This document shows positions 1-12,061 of a stretch of DNA of 49,652 bases, piece by piece. The notes under the pieces were generated by a model. It was not told the DNA's origin. It was given only the letters and a program-made list of their open reading frames with translations, and searched no databases. The stretch's first letter is position 1, and every line of letters begins with the position of its first letter. Source of the DNA: Asterionella formosa (taxonomy: Eukaryota); NCBI GenBank assembly GCA_002256025.1, contig NKIB01013935.1, forward strand, positions 1 to 49,652. The letters run 5' to 3'. Made by a program: the position numbers and the translations under genes.

Positions 1-515
1 CCTTTCCTTCTATTTCTATATTGTACTTGCTCGACTTATTGCTGTAGACTATTTGTAGCTGCTCCGAAACGGAGAAGGCCATTGCGGCACATCTCAATTT
101 TGACTCACTACGGCGACATGCAAGGTTAAAATATGCAACAGCTGTTTCTGAACGAAATAACGGATTCAATTCCTTATTGTCAGCTACTCAGCATCCTTTC
201 CTTCTTTTTCTATATTGTACTTGCTAGAGTTATCGCTGTAGACTATTTGTAGCTGCTCCGAAACGGAGAAGGCCATTGCGGCACATCTCAATTTTGACTC
301 ACTACGGCGACATCCAAGGTTGAAATATGCAACAGCTGTTTCTTAACGAAATAACGGATTCAATTCCTTATTGTGAGCTACTCAGCATCCTTTCCTTCTT
401 TTTCTATATTGTACTTGCTCGACTTATTGCTGCAGACTATTTGTAGCTGCTCCGAAACGGAGAAGGCCATTGCGGCGCATCTCAATTTTGACTCACTAGC
501 TACGGCGACATGCAA
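1..515. repeat. Tandem repeat, 194-bp unit, about 2.6 copies (runs off the window start)
   Basis: Units start CCTTTCCTTCT at 1, 195 and 389 and are nearly identical. Confidence 0.95.
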
Positions 516-1056
516 TGCTAAACGATGCTCAACGAGGACCAACAGTGCTTTATTTCCAATCTGGCAGGCTATTGTAATCTCTACAATCAACAATGACTTA
601 ATTATGTGTCTACAACATCAACTACTACTACTACGTGTGCTGAATTCTACAGTGTGAATCTTCCTCTTGCATGTGTTTTTCTTTGCCAGTTCAGATCAAA
701 GTGATATGTCGGAGCGGAAAAAATAATAAGTGTATCGGAATTGGCGACTCTTTCGTTCATTATATGGTGAAAGCAGCATAATATTGCGGCAGAGCAGCAT
801 AATTTCGCTTTTAAACTGTTGCGATGGCTAGTTGGTCAACATATATTGTCACGAACACACATAATTATTGGTGTGATCACATAATTATTCGATAAGTGAA
901 ATAAATTTTTGTTTAACCCGAATAAATTAGGGAAAAAGTAGCATAATATTTCAAAAAAGTAACATAATATTTTAGAAAAGTAACATAATATTTTAAAAAA
1001 GTAGCATAAATACGTCACTTTACACATAAATTCGAAAAAGTGCCGTAAACGGCGTC
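1..1056 (+). mobile_element. Non-coding dispersed repeat, copy 1 (possible non-autonomous Helitron/Helentron-like element)
   Basis: Inverted homolog at 20033-20956. Contains 194-bp tandem units, a (CTA)n run, four 21-bp units at 933-1010 and a terminal hairpin GCCGT-AA-ACGGC. Repeat status is seen directly; the class is inference. Confidence 0.6.
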
Positions 1057-1328
1057 TTAGAAGTATTTTGGCAATTCCCACCCTAGCTATCGTCTTGCTT
1101 TTCGATGAGAACTATGGGTGTCTAAGTAATTTTTGGAATCTCTAAGTAATTTTTTTAATTTAGGGGCAATATGGGACACATTGGATTTTTCGGCAGTCCA
1201 ATTTTAGGTTTTGAGCAGGGGACCATCGAGCAACGTAATTAGTAGAATTTTGATGGGAAAAAGTTTAGACACATCAAAAATACATGGACCACCGAATATA
1301 CCGGTACCGGTATATGCATGAAAAATAG

Positions 1329-1856
1329 TCACACAAGAATGATTGTACCAAGCATCGAAAATTCGACACGATGTTGTGAAGCAACCAAAGTATGAAACGG
1401 AAATCGAAAGGTAAGAAGTGAAAATGACAAGCAGAGAGTATTCTCGTTAATCGTGCATTTTGTCCACTGACCTGACAAGGCAATCACATTTGCCATATTA
1501 CTTGACTCGTACGTAGACACTAACTTGTCCCACGCTTCCTTCGCATTTCCATTGGGGAACTCTTCACTTCTGGCACCATTTACGTATCCAAATGGTCCAC
1601 TCTGACATGCCATAATCAAACTTGCATAGGCAACCGTATTATTTCGTTTCGCACGCTTCTCATCGTTGTCACTCAGAACAATCTTCACTCCAGCTGAATC
1701 TCTCTCACCTGGTGATACTTCATCTCCATTTAGGATTCCTTCAAAACCTTTGTAGCAGGCATAGGCCACAAACTTCGCTTTCCAAACATGCCACTTGGCA
1801 TCGGTACCATCAAATGTTGGCAACCGCACTCCTGAAGATTCATCGTCAATTCCCAT
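1329..1856 (-). pseudogene. Ty1/Copia gag N-terminal fragment, truncated
   Basis: ORF with LPTFDGTDAKWHVWKAKFVAYA...GNAKEAWDKLVSTYE, typical of a Copia gag (UBN2-like) N-terminus. Similarity is lost near 1445. Confidence 0.85.
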
Positions 1857-1892
1857 CTTGAGTACCCTTTAAAACCTATCCGCTTTAAAGCG

Positions 1893-2048
1893 TGTTGAAA
1901 TGGTTGGTACTCCTTCCCGCGGGCTGGGTCTCTCTTCATGTAGACTCTTACGTGATTGTAGTACTACCTAGTACCACTTACTTTCTCTCTTGTCTCTGCT
2001 TCTAGCCTTCCTGCTAGATAGACTAATTGACCTTCCTGTCAATTAACA
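1893..2048 (-). mobile_element. Candidate 5' LTR (156 bp) of the Copia element
   Basis: Minus strand begins TGTTAATTG and ends TTTCAACA (TG...CA termini), 36 nt upstream of the gag ATG. No second LTR in the window to confirm. Confidence 0.7.
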
Positions 2049-3542
2049 CACTGTTTCTTCGGTTGATAATCTAAAACTCAAATTAAAATATAAGCTAAAC
2101 TAAATGTTTCCTTTCCATGCATCTTTGCTTCCTGCAAAGTTGTTCTAAGACTCTCTTCGAGTTTCCACTTAACATTTCCATAGAAATCTTCAATCTTTGA
2201 TCTCGTTAGGCAGCTGATTGACGTGGCAATGCAATATTCGACTCGTTCGATTACAATCGAGTCCACAATCCTTATGACTCGGGCTAATATTCTTGACAGC
2301 GGGTACCAGGTACCAGGTATTATCCGGCAAGAGGAGGAGCAGGATGCATCGAAAAATTTACTGGCTGATGTGGGCGTTTGTGGCTTTGTAACTTTAGGAG
2401 GAGAAGGTTTGAGTAGGATGACAGGGAGCAATGGAGTGATATTTTGTTGTTGCTGGCAAGATATTATGCCCACATTGTTTGCGACTTTAAGACTTTGCAA
2501 TCTTCATGCGAGTTTCGAATTAAGTGGCTTTGCTAGCGTTGGGAAGCAAGAAACGGAAACAAATAATTTCAGAGCGTGTATATTATACCTTGTGAAAAAC
2601 AATAACAATCAACTGGCAATATACTTCACCTCATTGGACAAGGGTTCGACTAGTGGATGGTGATTTGTTGGCATTGTCAGGAAGTGGAGGAGTAGTAACA
2701 TGACAGGTGCCTTCATCAACGCTCTGAAGAGAAAGAGATACTATGTATTATAATTAGCATGCTTAACCATGGCGGGAAGTCAAACATGACAACAACCATC
2801 AACAAGCACATACCTGTCCTCTCTTCCTTGTTGAAAACGAGTTCATGCAGAACACTGGTTCCATCATGTTCCGGCTGCTTTGCTGAGTTCGCGATAGCTC
2901 ATTGAGATTGACAACTTTTCGTTGTCATTGCATATGATTATATAGAAGTAACAAAAGTAATATTGTGATTAGAAAGCAATGAAACAATACTATTGTAGAG
3001 CAGCGGAAAAAAGCCAACACATGAGCACTAAAACTTGCTGCCAAGATCTGATTTGAGATAGTGTAGGACACGTAGAAAACATCCTACAAAATTATAGTTA
3101 AAATTTAACGGCTGATCATATCTGACGAAAATGCCAGTTCAATGACAAGATGGAAGCCTAACTTTGACCTGCCATAACGTTTTGAGTTTTGATACTCAAT
3201 GACTGATTGAGGTCGCTTTTGAACAATCATTAATTTATTTATCACTTCATATCAAATCTAGAGAAGGAGTTGACCGGAAAGGCTATTGGAAATCAACAGA
3301 AAGGGGAACCGAAATTTTGGCGCCACTGTGACGAAGCAAGCATGATGCGACCACATGAATCCCATAAGAAGTCGAATTATCCAACAACCAGCCAGATCCA
3401 TTTGATAAGAGTCGATGCTTGATACGTCAATGAACAGAGTTGTTATACCTCGGAGCATGCTGGAAGATAGCAGGGATGTAAATAGTGAAATTGTTGTCAA
3501 CACTTAACAGAAAACCATGATTTCGTGCCTTCACTTAGCTCA

Positions 3543-3890
3543 TCCTACTCCCTTCCAATTTCGGCAGTCGATTTTCCTTAAGTAAACGGCAGTCCATAGG
3601 GGGCAATAGATGTCAGTAATCCATTTCCCTTAAATAAACGGCAGTCCATTTGGGTAGGCAAATCTAGGGGATTTTGAAAATATTGAAGGTAGTTTGGCAG
3701 TCCAAAAACGGAGCATATGAAATATACAAAATATGTTTTATATGATGGGCAATTTCAGGATTGAGTAATCAAAAAACTGTACATATGAAATATACAACAT
3801 ATGTTTTATATGAAGGGCAATTGGCTAGTTTGCATCCAACATACAAACTATTTTAAATAGGTTTTCAACGTTGACAGAAAGGGCAATGTA
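3543..3890. repeat. Array of short repeats (GGCAGTCCA, GGGCAAT) with a duplicated block of about 40 bp
   Basis: CATATGAAATATACAA.ATATGTTTTATATGA.GGGCAATT at 3714 and 3782; CCTTAARTAAACGGCAGTCCAT occurs twice. Confidence 0.7.
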
Positions 3891-6800
3891 GTGGCGAAAA
3901 GCGCGCCGATAGTTAGTTTGTGAATTGCCTAGTTAAGACCCTACTCGGGAGGAGTCTGCCTGCCTACTCGTAATCTTGTGCACTTGGCTTGGGAGGCCCT
4001 CGCAGGTTGACCGAACAAGTGGCGCCATTATTAAAATTTGTATGTTGTAGTAGGAGGCCATTTACACTGGTGTTATACCACACCGGCATAGCTACCAGAT
4101 TTACCAAATCTTTTGTGTTATCCAAGGAGAGAATGCTCTACCGGTACTCTAAATGAGCTATATCCTTAGGACATAGGCTTTCCTTGTCCAGAACTCATTC
4201 CAATTGGGTTGATCTTTCATTGAGTGATGTTCATCAATTCATTAAACAGAAACCTAATAGCTTGCACTGCAAAGAATATTTTAGAGGTTTTTTCTCGATT
4301 TTCTCTTTAATTTACAGAGTGTCACATCAATGGTAATTATTTATGAAAAATGAAAAGAGGAGACATATCACACAAGAGGACGCATTGCTCTGAAAATTTA
4401 ACTGTTGTAAATTAAAAGTTAAATATATATTTAATGTCAGATAAGTTATCTAAAATATCTTGATTATCAAAGTGCAACGACGAAATTATATATCAAATCG
4501 ACAAAATAATTTGTGTTTTAATACACTAATGATGTAATAATTTTTAATTATCAGAGCACACCCTCTATCCTTTCCTTCATTCAGAATAGCTACTACTACT
4601 TCGAGCACAAATTCATTTTGAATAATTCTGTTGGTCAACTTTGTTTCCAAATAAATGATGTACTCCACATCATGATCACAATAAGATTATTTTATTACTA
4701 CTAGCCCCCACCCCCACCAGCACAATTAAAATGATGATCTGTGCTATAACCCCTTTCGAGTGTTCTGGAGCCCAGCGAGATCTCTTTCGGTGTACGCCAT
4801 CTTCCAAGACTTGAATTGTTGGTGGGATTAATACTGGCCATCGGTGACGGAAAAGGAGCACAAAGTACACCAATAAAAACCAGTATCACGAGTTGAGAGA
4901 ATCTAATACAAATATTATATCTCGACAGTTCACTAGCTCGCTCCATCCCAGTAGACCGAAACAAATCGAGTCTAAAGTGATCGCAGATAGAGTGATAATT
5001 CAACACTAATCACAGATATCTTCCCTGTAGACTGCATCGATTGATTGCGAAAATATAATTGACCAGGCTTTCAATATGTGAATTAGTACAGAAAGGACCT
5101 CACGATGGCCTAGAAGCATAATCCATAGTTTGCCCTGTAGATCATGGGGAGAAATAGATGTTTGCGTCAGATAAGGACCCAGTTGAAACATGGATAATGA
5201 AACGTGGGCTGTGTTCGACGATTTTGTTCTTCCAGGTGAGCGGTTGGGGCCATCGGAGCATTGACATCCCTTTCGGGACGAGGACGGCCACAAGAGTCGT
5301 CTCTTTCGGGACACTCGAATTCAGAGCGATAAACCTGGGGTGTAGTAGCAGTATTTTGCCAGTCAGCGTACTCACCTGAGGAGCGCAAGTTATGAAAAAT
5401 ACGTTGTAATCAATCTTGACTATATACCGGTAGTCTCCACATTCCCCCCAAACAACCAGGAATCAAAACTCTTGTCCTGACCAAATTCAACTAAAACTAA
5501 AGGTCGCAGCATGTGGGGGAACGGAATCAAATACAACACAATAGGGTCAATTCAATTCACGAGTATAGGAGCTACAACCGACTCGGTCGTCGTATGATCA
5601 TCGAGAACAGCTCAAGTCTTTGATCGATGCATGCATGCTCTGTAAACGGCTCCGCCTGGATGAGATGTGCTGTACATATATGTATGGCATGTATGAGATA
5701 TTGAATGGATGGTTGTGGTGAGACGTACACAAGGCAAAGCAAACGAGGACATACGTGCAGACGAGCACGCTCCGAAGTAAATGCTAACAATAAGCTTTGC
5801 GTCACATTTAAGTCCTGCAAGGAAGCGGTTGTGATGGTTGAAGGATTAGCCAAGTGGCAAGAAGGGTTTACATATGCAGACCAGGCTCGGATATAGTCAT
5901 CTCATTGTTTTGCAGATTTTACAGAATTGGACAATGGGAAGGCCTCCTATCTGCCAAGGCCGATTTTTTCACAATTATTACATCTACAATGCCGATTATT
6001 ATGATTATTATATTGCAATAATTTTTATAGCGCATTAGTACTAGCCTATTGACAGGATTGTATTCGTTGCGCTCCATGGCCCATAAAGTGGGGCAGTGGA
6101 AAAGGTACTATGGTGGTCACTCCCTCGTGTAGGAGCGAGTTGTGGGAAAAAATTGTGGTAGTAGCTAGCTGAGATCTTGGCTGGGATTGTCGAGAACACT
6201 GGTGGTTCTTGCGGGTCGCAGGCAGGCCTGGATGCTAAGTGTTGTTTGTCGCATATTGGCCGTTGGGTTTGTTGAAAATGTCCTTGGGGGCTCCTCCCTT
6301 CTGCTGGACACAGGACTAAAATGTTTTGCTATTGTTTGTTGTCATGCCTGTAGCCGCCATTTTTGGGACGCTGCTATGAAGAAGTATTCTGCACATTCCA
6401 GGAATCTCTGTTTCTTGTTTCCCCTGGTGGTGGATTGTTGCATTGTGTCTAAATGTGTTGTGTTGAAGATGTGCTTGTCTCTGTTACATAGACTATTTCG
6501 CTTTGTAGTTTATATATCTGATGAATCTTCTCGTTCTGAGCGGATTGCGCTATATCTTCTTCTTTCCGTTGTGTAGTTTGTCGTTCCGAGCCCTCCACGC
6601 TCCCTGGGCGAGTCTCCATAAAAGGGAAATAGCCATTTTAACCTATATTTTGCTTCGGTCACTTATTCCGTTGTTATCTCTTGTCTGCAGACCCAACGCT
6701 TCCCACGACCATTAGATGCTAATCCACTGATCTTGGAATAGCGTCTGTAAATAAAAAATATCATGAAAATATGATCAAGGGTATCGTACGCTAAGTGGCA

Positions 6801-7775
6801 CAGGATTTTTACATATATGATAGTTTTTCGATCAAAAATATGATCAATGTATCATATAATTATGATCATGCAGTAAACTTTTACCGAGCTTGAAGTATGA
6901 TAATACTATCATAGTTATAATACCATTGCATCATAAATTAGTTAAACATCATGGTCATATGATGTGTATACTTTTGTCATGCATCTATCTTAGCATGATC
7001 GTAATTCTCATCGATATCACTGTCTAAAATAGGATGAAATTGATCAAAATTTAGAACTATATTTAAGAATGGTTTTATGTTTCCATATCTTGAGTGGCTA
7101 CAGAATGTTCTACAATGCTCTCATCGCAATGATTGGTGCTTCAGCTTTCACTTTCACTTTCACTTCCACATTCCCCCCAATCCAATTCTGAAGGTTGTCG
7201 TAGTAGTGCTGGTTGCCTTGCCGTTGTTCCCCTGCTTTGTTCCATTTACTCCTGACGGATCTGAGTTTGCATTCACGCATTTTCCTATTACTATTGAATC
7301 CGTTTCGTTGTTCCAATCAGCCTTACTAACAAAGAGAAGCAATTCATTGTTAGCTGTTCATGTTTTGGTTACACAACAACATGCATTTCGCTTCTATCTT
7401 CACTTACCACAAATTGAGTAAGTAACTGATGCATATTTCTGTAAAAGAATGTGTCAGTTGAAGATTGAATGAGAAATTATCGATCAATAAATGGGCTCCA
7501 ACACTGCTGTTTGTAACTTACAAATATTGTTTGTCTACAATTATCCTGAAAGAAGCAACACATATGTGTTAGTTTTTCTAACAGTTGTGGATTGATCCAA
7601 GGATGATAGCACTTACCGATTTCATTTGTCCACTTTGATGGTTGGCCAGCCACCAAATCGAAAAGGAGCTATTGAATCACTGAAAGAAGGAGACGAGTCA
7701 ATCCGTATTTGTAATCCCAACGATTGATCATCCTGTCATTTGCTCTTGACAAACCGTGACATTATGCACAGCTTG

Positions 7776-8085
7776 TTGATTCCGCTCTTCTCCATCAAAT
7801 TCACTCCTTCTTAGCCGCATGGAGTATCATCGTGCTGTATTGTCACTTCAGTTTTTCGAATCATGTGTTGCTTGAGATCCTTCATTGAAGGAAGTGGATG
7901 CATGACAAGGAACATGAAAAGCATTTGCTCTTGATTTCTTACCATCAATTGATTCCGCCCTTCTCTTCTAAGCTGCAAGTATCATTGTGCTGTATTATCA
8001 CTTTCGTTTTCCGCATCATCATGTGTGATGATCCTTCATTTCAGGAGCAAAATGTATGCATGACAAGGAACATGAAAACATGATT
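7776..8085. repeat. Diverged tandem duplication, period about 170 bp
   Basis: TTGATTCCGC...GTATCAT.GTGCTGTATT...ATGCATGACAAGGAACATGAAAA occurs twice. Confidence 0.75.
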
Positions 8086-9149
8086 TCAAATGTTTCAGCC
8101 ATGAATACATATATATAAAGATTTGTAAGAACTTTAAATGTATGTATAGTTGAACATTTGCATATGCATAGTTTTAAACACGCTCATTATATGGCACATC
8201 CTGTGTATACTAATATCAATTTTGATCATACATAATTCAAATATATACAATGCATGATGAGTTCATAGTTTTCCACGACCTGTTGAATTTTTTCAATATT
8301 TTTTTGTGTCAATTCTTGTACCTACAAGTCAGTGGCTGATTTAATTTAGCCCCTTAATAAACAGGAGTCATCACCAATTTTTCAAATGGTCGAAATCATA
8401 CATTTATGTATATAGACATATTGACCAAAATTCATATGGCCTACCGGTAGTGCCACAATAGTGCAGCGGAAAACTGAATATGTTCATGTGTTTAGGATCA
8501 TTTGATCATATTTTTAAGATCAGTTAATCCTGATTCCTGAAAATAAATTTTGATGTTTCTTTTTCGCATCAACAACACCGTTTATCATATGATCAATATG
8601 TTATGATCAAAGCTATAGGATCAATGTGTTATGATCAAAGCTATAGGATAAACAAATCAAAATTTATTAATTAAAGATCATAGTTTAGACCGGAGAAGTT
8701 GCTCATGCTTGCAACCCCTTCCCTCTCCCCCGGTATACAGTACGGAAGTGATAACCCCCAAGCTACCAAATTTTTATGTCTTGTAAGAATTATCGCAGCA
8801 TGCATGCATACATGACTCCTACTGGTATATACAATGCGGAAATGATGACCACCAGAAAACCAATCCTATAGGTCCTGTAGAATTATCGCAACATGGCTGC
8901 ATATCTAATGAGAGGGCGGGAGAAGTCATCCATGCTGCACCTGTATAGTATGAAATATGGAAATGATCAAATATAGTCTACACAAGGAGCAGTGTATCAT
9001 ATATGCCCTGTTATTAAAATTCCTATGAAATCTCTTGATTTGTTCTGTGCTTTTTTGCCACAATTGTTTTCATTGGCTGTTTCACTGGACAGCATTCGAA
9101 TTGATTGTGCTTTGAACGAAGCAATGATCAAAGTCCACCCCATTGCAGA

Positions 9150-10350
9150 ATGGTGAGTCTCACAACGAAGTAGCAGTTAGTTGCTTAAAATGGGCTGTCT
9201 TTTGTGCACCCTCGTTGTGTTTGTACTTGACTTGGCAACTGTCAGCCAAGAGCAGCCATCATGGTATGCCACCATTTATTGTATGTACGAGCTAGTTTCG
9301 AATGCATTCAGCCATGATAACTTTTGCTCCCCCCTCCTGAACACTATCTCACCACCCTTGTCATAGATTTTTCTTTATCCTTTGGCTTCACAGGCCCAGG
9401 CTACTTAATGCCTTCATCTGCAAGTTCAGCCAAGCACGTTGGCGTCAAGAAAACCTCAACCCCGATTTTCATCACATGCTCCACCCATTGACTTCTTCAT
9501 TGATGAAGTCGAGGTAGCTATATTCATGTCAGGTGGCGCAGGCTTGTGTATAGATTGATGATGCCACCGAAAGCATTGCTTCCTTTTCCGGTAGGCACCT
9601 ATTTGTCAACATTGTTTGGGTCAATCCATTCTTGTTCCCGCAAGACCAGAAGCAATTATCCCTTTACTTCTCCCCCCAAGAACCTTCATTTCTCTTTCAC
9701 AATTGTCCTGATGTTTGCAGAGCATTTTTAGTTCCCTTTTGCTTTTTCCACTTTTTTTGATCCCTTTGGCATTCAAGTCAAGAAACAAGCAACTCATTGA
9801 GCTTTCTGTCGGTTTTGGTCAGTGGCACCATACAGCAAGCAACAATCAACAGATCATGGCGGCTCTTCTCCATTTTCTGTAGCAAGTGACATTCAAGAGG
9901 GTATGGGATCATTGGGGAGAAAAATTAGGCTCCTCTGTGTTGTTTGCCCCCTCCTGTTTGTCATTCTACCATTGCTTCCTCTCAATCAATACTAGTACAC
10001 TGAAAACCGTAATTACTAGATGAAATGTGACTTTTTCTTTTTAATATTTTACATTGTTGCACTACTGAAACTTGAATCCATAAATGGGCATTTAACTTGT
10101 GCTTCTTGCATTTTTGCAGTATAGACTGACTGGTGGTCGATAGGCCAAAGTGTCTGGCTTTTTATGAACATCTACAAAGTAGTGCTTTTGTCGAGGTTTG
10201 TGTCTATATCCAACTGGCTGCTGCGATCCATTGAAACATTACAGATACATCAAATAATACGCTCCTGTCTTCAAAGGCAAGGAACTAGTACGATGACAAA
10301 GGAAATCTGATGAGACATGAAAATTACGAAACCAGAATCACTCTGTTACC
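9150..10350 (-). pseudogene. Degenerate IS630/Tc1/mariner-related DDE transposase
   Basis: Broken-frame peptides GYRHKPRQKHYFVDVHKKPDTLAYRP (YxDGHE-like), LVLREQEWIDPNNVDK and VFLTPTCLAELADEGIK..AWACEAKG (TPKxHxELAGEGIEYxW-like), with many stops and frameshifts. Confidence 0.7.
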
Positions 10351-12061
10351 ATAAATAGATAATCTCATGCTTCTTTGTGAATATCGCCTGCTATGCTGCG
10401 TTTCAATTCTAGATGTATTACGTTCTTGTTAGAGAGACGATGTTACAGAGAAGTATATTGTGCTGTTCTATAATGGATGCTATTTAGCTATGATTGAGGT
10501 TGTAACACTGATTGATGCTCTGGTGACAGACCGGAAATATTCGTCTTGTGTGATGAGCCATTTCGTTTTCATTGGATTTCTTTTCAAGCTCTTAACGGAT
10601 TGCATACGAACATACTGTACAATGCAGATGATGATTCATCGAAGACATATGATGACTTGAACAACAAATAAAGATTTTATCACAAATACTCGTTCCTCTC
10701 GACATGACTGCTTTGTTGTTGTTGCTGCAAGAATCAGAGTGCGGACTGGCAAGGATGATGAGCTACATTATCCTACCAAGAAATTTAAATAAAGGAACCT
10801 AAAAGAAACAATACATTTAAAAATCAAATTTCCATAGTCAAAAGGTTTACTATTTAAATTACGAGTTCATTTATCAAAATTATTAGATGATAAAACGAAA
10901 AATTATGATCAGATGATCATAATCCTATGATGCATCATAGGAATATGATGGTTTTTATTTGCAGACGCGTGAGTCTCCTGCTCTGATGATATAGAGCTTT
11001 GGGGTCTAAGCACATCATCATATGTTCGTTGTGTTCTGCCAATCCACAGTACGGGCAGCATGCATTGTTACCTTTGTCGATTAGTTGTCTCCTTTTTCCA
11101 CAGGGAACAAGCCACCCATGGATATATGTTGTGGTAAACGCCCTCGCCTGTGGCATCCTGTTTTTTTAGAAGCCATTTCGATATCTCCCCAGTCTATGCT
11201 CCTCATCATAGGGATCGTTCTACAACGCCGATTATTGGTACAGCCGCCAGAAAAATTACAGAATTGGACCATGGGAAGGCCGCCTCCAAGCTGCCAAGGC
11301 CAATTTTTTTACGATATTTACATCTAGTAGAAATCCACCTCTATTCGACTATCATAGGTAGCTACCTGTAGTCATATAACATCTCCCAGAACTTCAGGGA
11401 TGACCACTCACCAATTAATATTGATGTGATTAAGGAACATCCTGCTGCCACAAAATTCAGGGGTTCTCACCGCCGTTATTGATTGACACACTGAGCCAAT
11501 CTATATCATCCTGACTGCATCTTCACTTTTCCTAAGTTATAAAGGGGATAAAAAGGGCCTAGTAGGCTTTTACCCACAGCATGACAAAGCACAGTATTTT
11601 CCTCCTACATCATCATGGCTGATGTGTTTTCAATAACACTAGCCGAACTCACTGAGTACAGGCACCACATTAGTACTCGCCACAATAAGGCATCACAATA
11701 GCACAGATTCACTCCAGAGTTTCAACAACCAACCGGAGTATCTGGCACACAACATCACACCACTGGCAAGTCTGAAATTAATCTGATTCGCCTCAACAAA
11801 CACACAAAAGAACACAAAAACGAAGGCAAAGAACTCGCCAAAAAACGTGTTCACGGTCGTGCTCCTAGTAGCTTAACCACACAGTTAGTTCCCACACATT
11901 TTAACACTAGCTAGTTCTCATCAGCCACGGCAATACAGCATGGAGAAACCACCTAGAGTTTCGTACCCTACTACCAATAAATAACATAGTACCAGTCAAC
12001 GCTTGTACCTAAGGACAGACCCGCCTTCTTGCTGGCTCGTCGGTCTTGGCAATTTCAACGC

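Larger units (their letters stand above)
6741..10968. mobile_element. TIR DNA transposon (about 4.2 kb) with TGATCA-rich subterminal arrays
   Basis: Left end GCGTCTGTAAATAAAAA matches the reverse complement of the right end, GCGTCTGCAAATAAAAA. ATGAT/TGATCA arrays lie inside both ends and at 8490-8690. It interrupts the LINE. Confidence 0.7.
6001..11218 (-). mobile_element. 5'-truncated non-LTR retrotransposon (diatom Ambal-like LINE), split into 6001-6740 and 10969-11218
   Basis: Minus-strand peptides SIDW...YIHGWL...CPYCGLAEHNEHMMMC (CCHC knuckle) and ISLLWRLAQGAWRARNDKLH (WxxRN motif). AAT-rich tail at about 6001-6012. 18-bp TSD TCTACAAYGCCGATTATT at 5983-6000 and 11219-11236. Confidence 0.8.

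Noticed and set aside
1..515. Possible CRISPR-like array
   Set aside because: Whole 194-bp units repeat with no unique spacers; eukaryotic context and no cas genes.
3887..4026. Short LTR (TGTAG...GAACA) followed by a PBS-like TGGCGCC
   Set aside because: No second copy or adjacent gag; a 7-nt match is too weak.
5436..5451. 16-mer TCCACATTCCCCCCAA repeated at 7165 (polypurine-tract-like on the minus strand)
   Set aside because: Flanks are unrelated, and one low-complexity 16-mer match in 50 kb can arise by chance.
11419..12060. Solo LTR abutting the Gypsy RT
   Set aside because: Termini are only degenerate (TATTGA...TCAACG) and there is no TSD or second copy.
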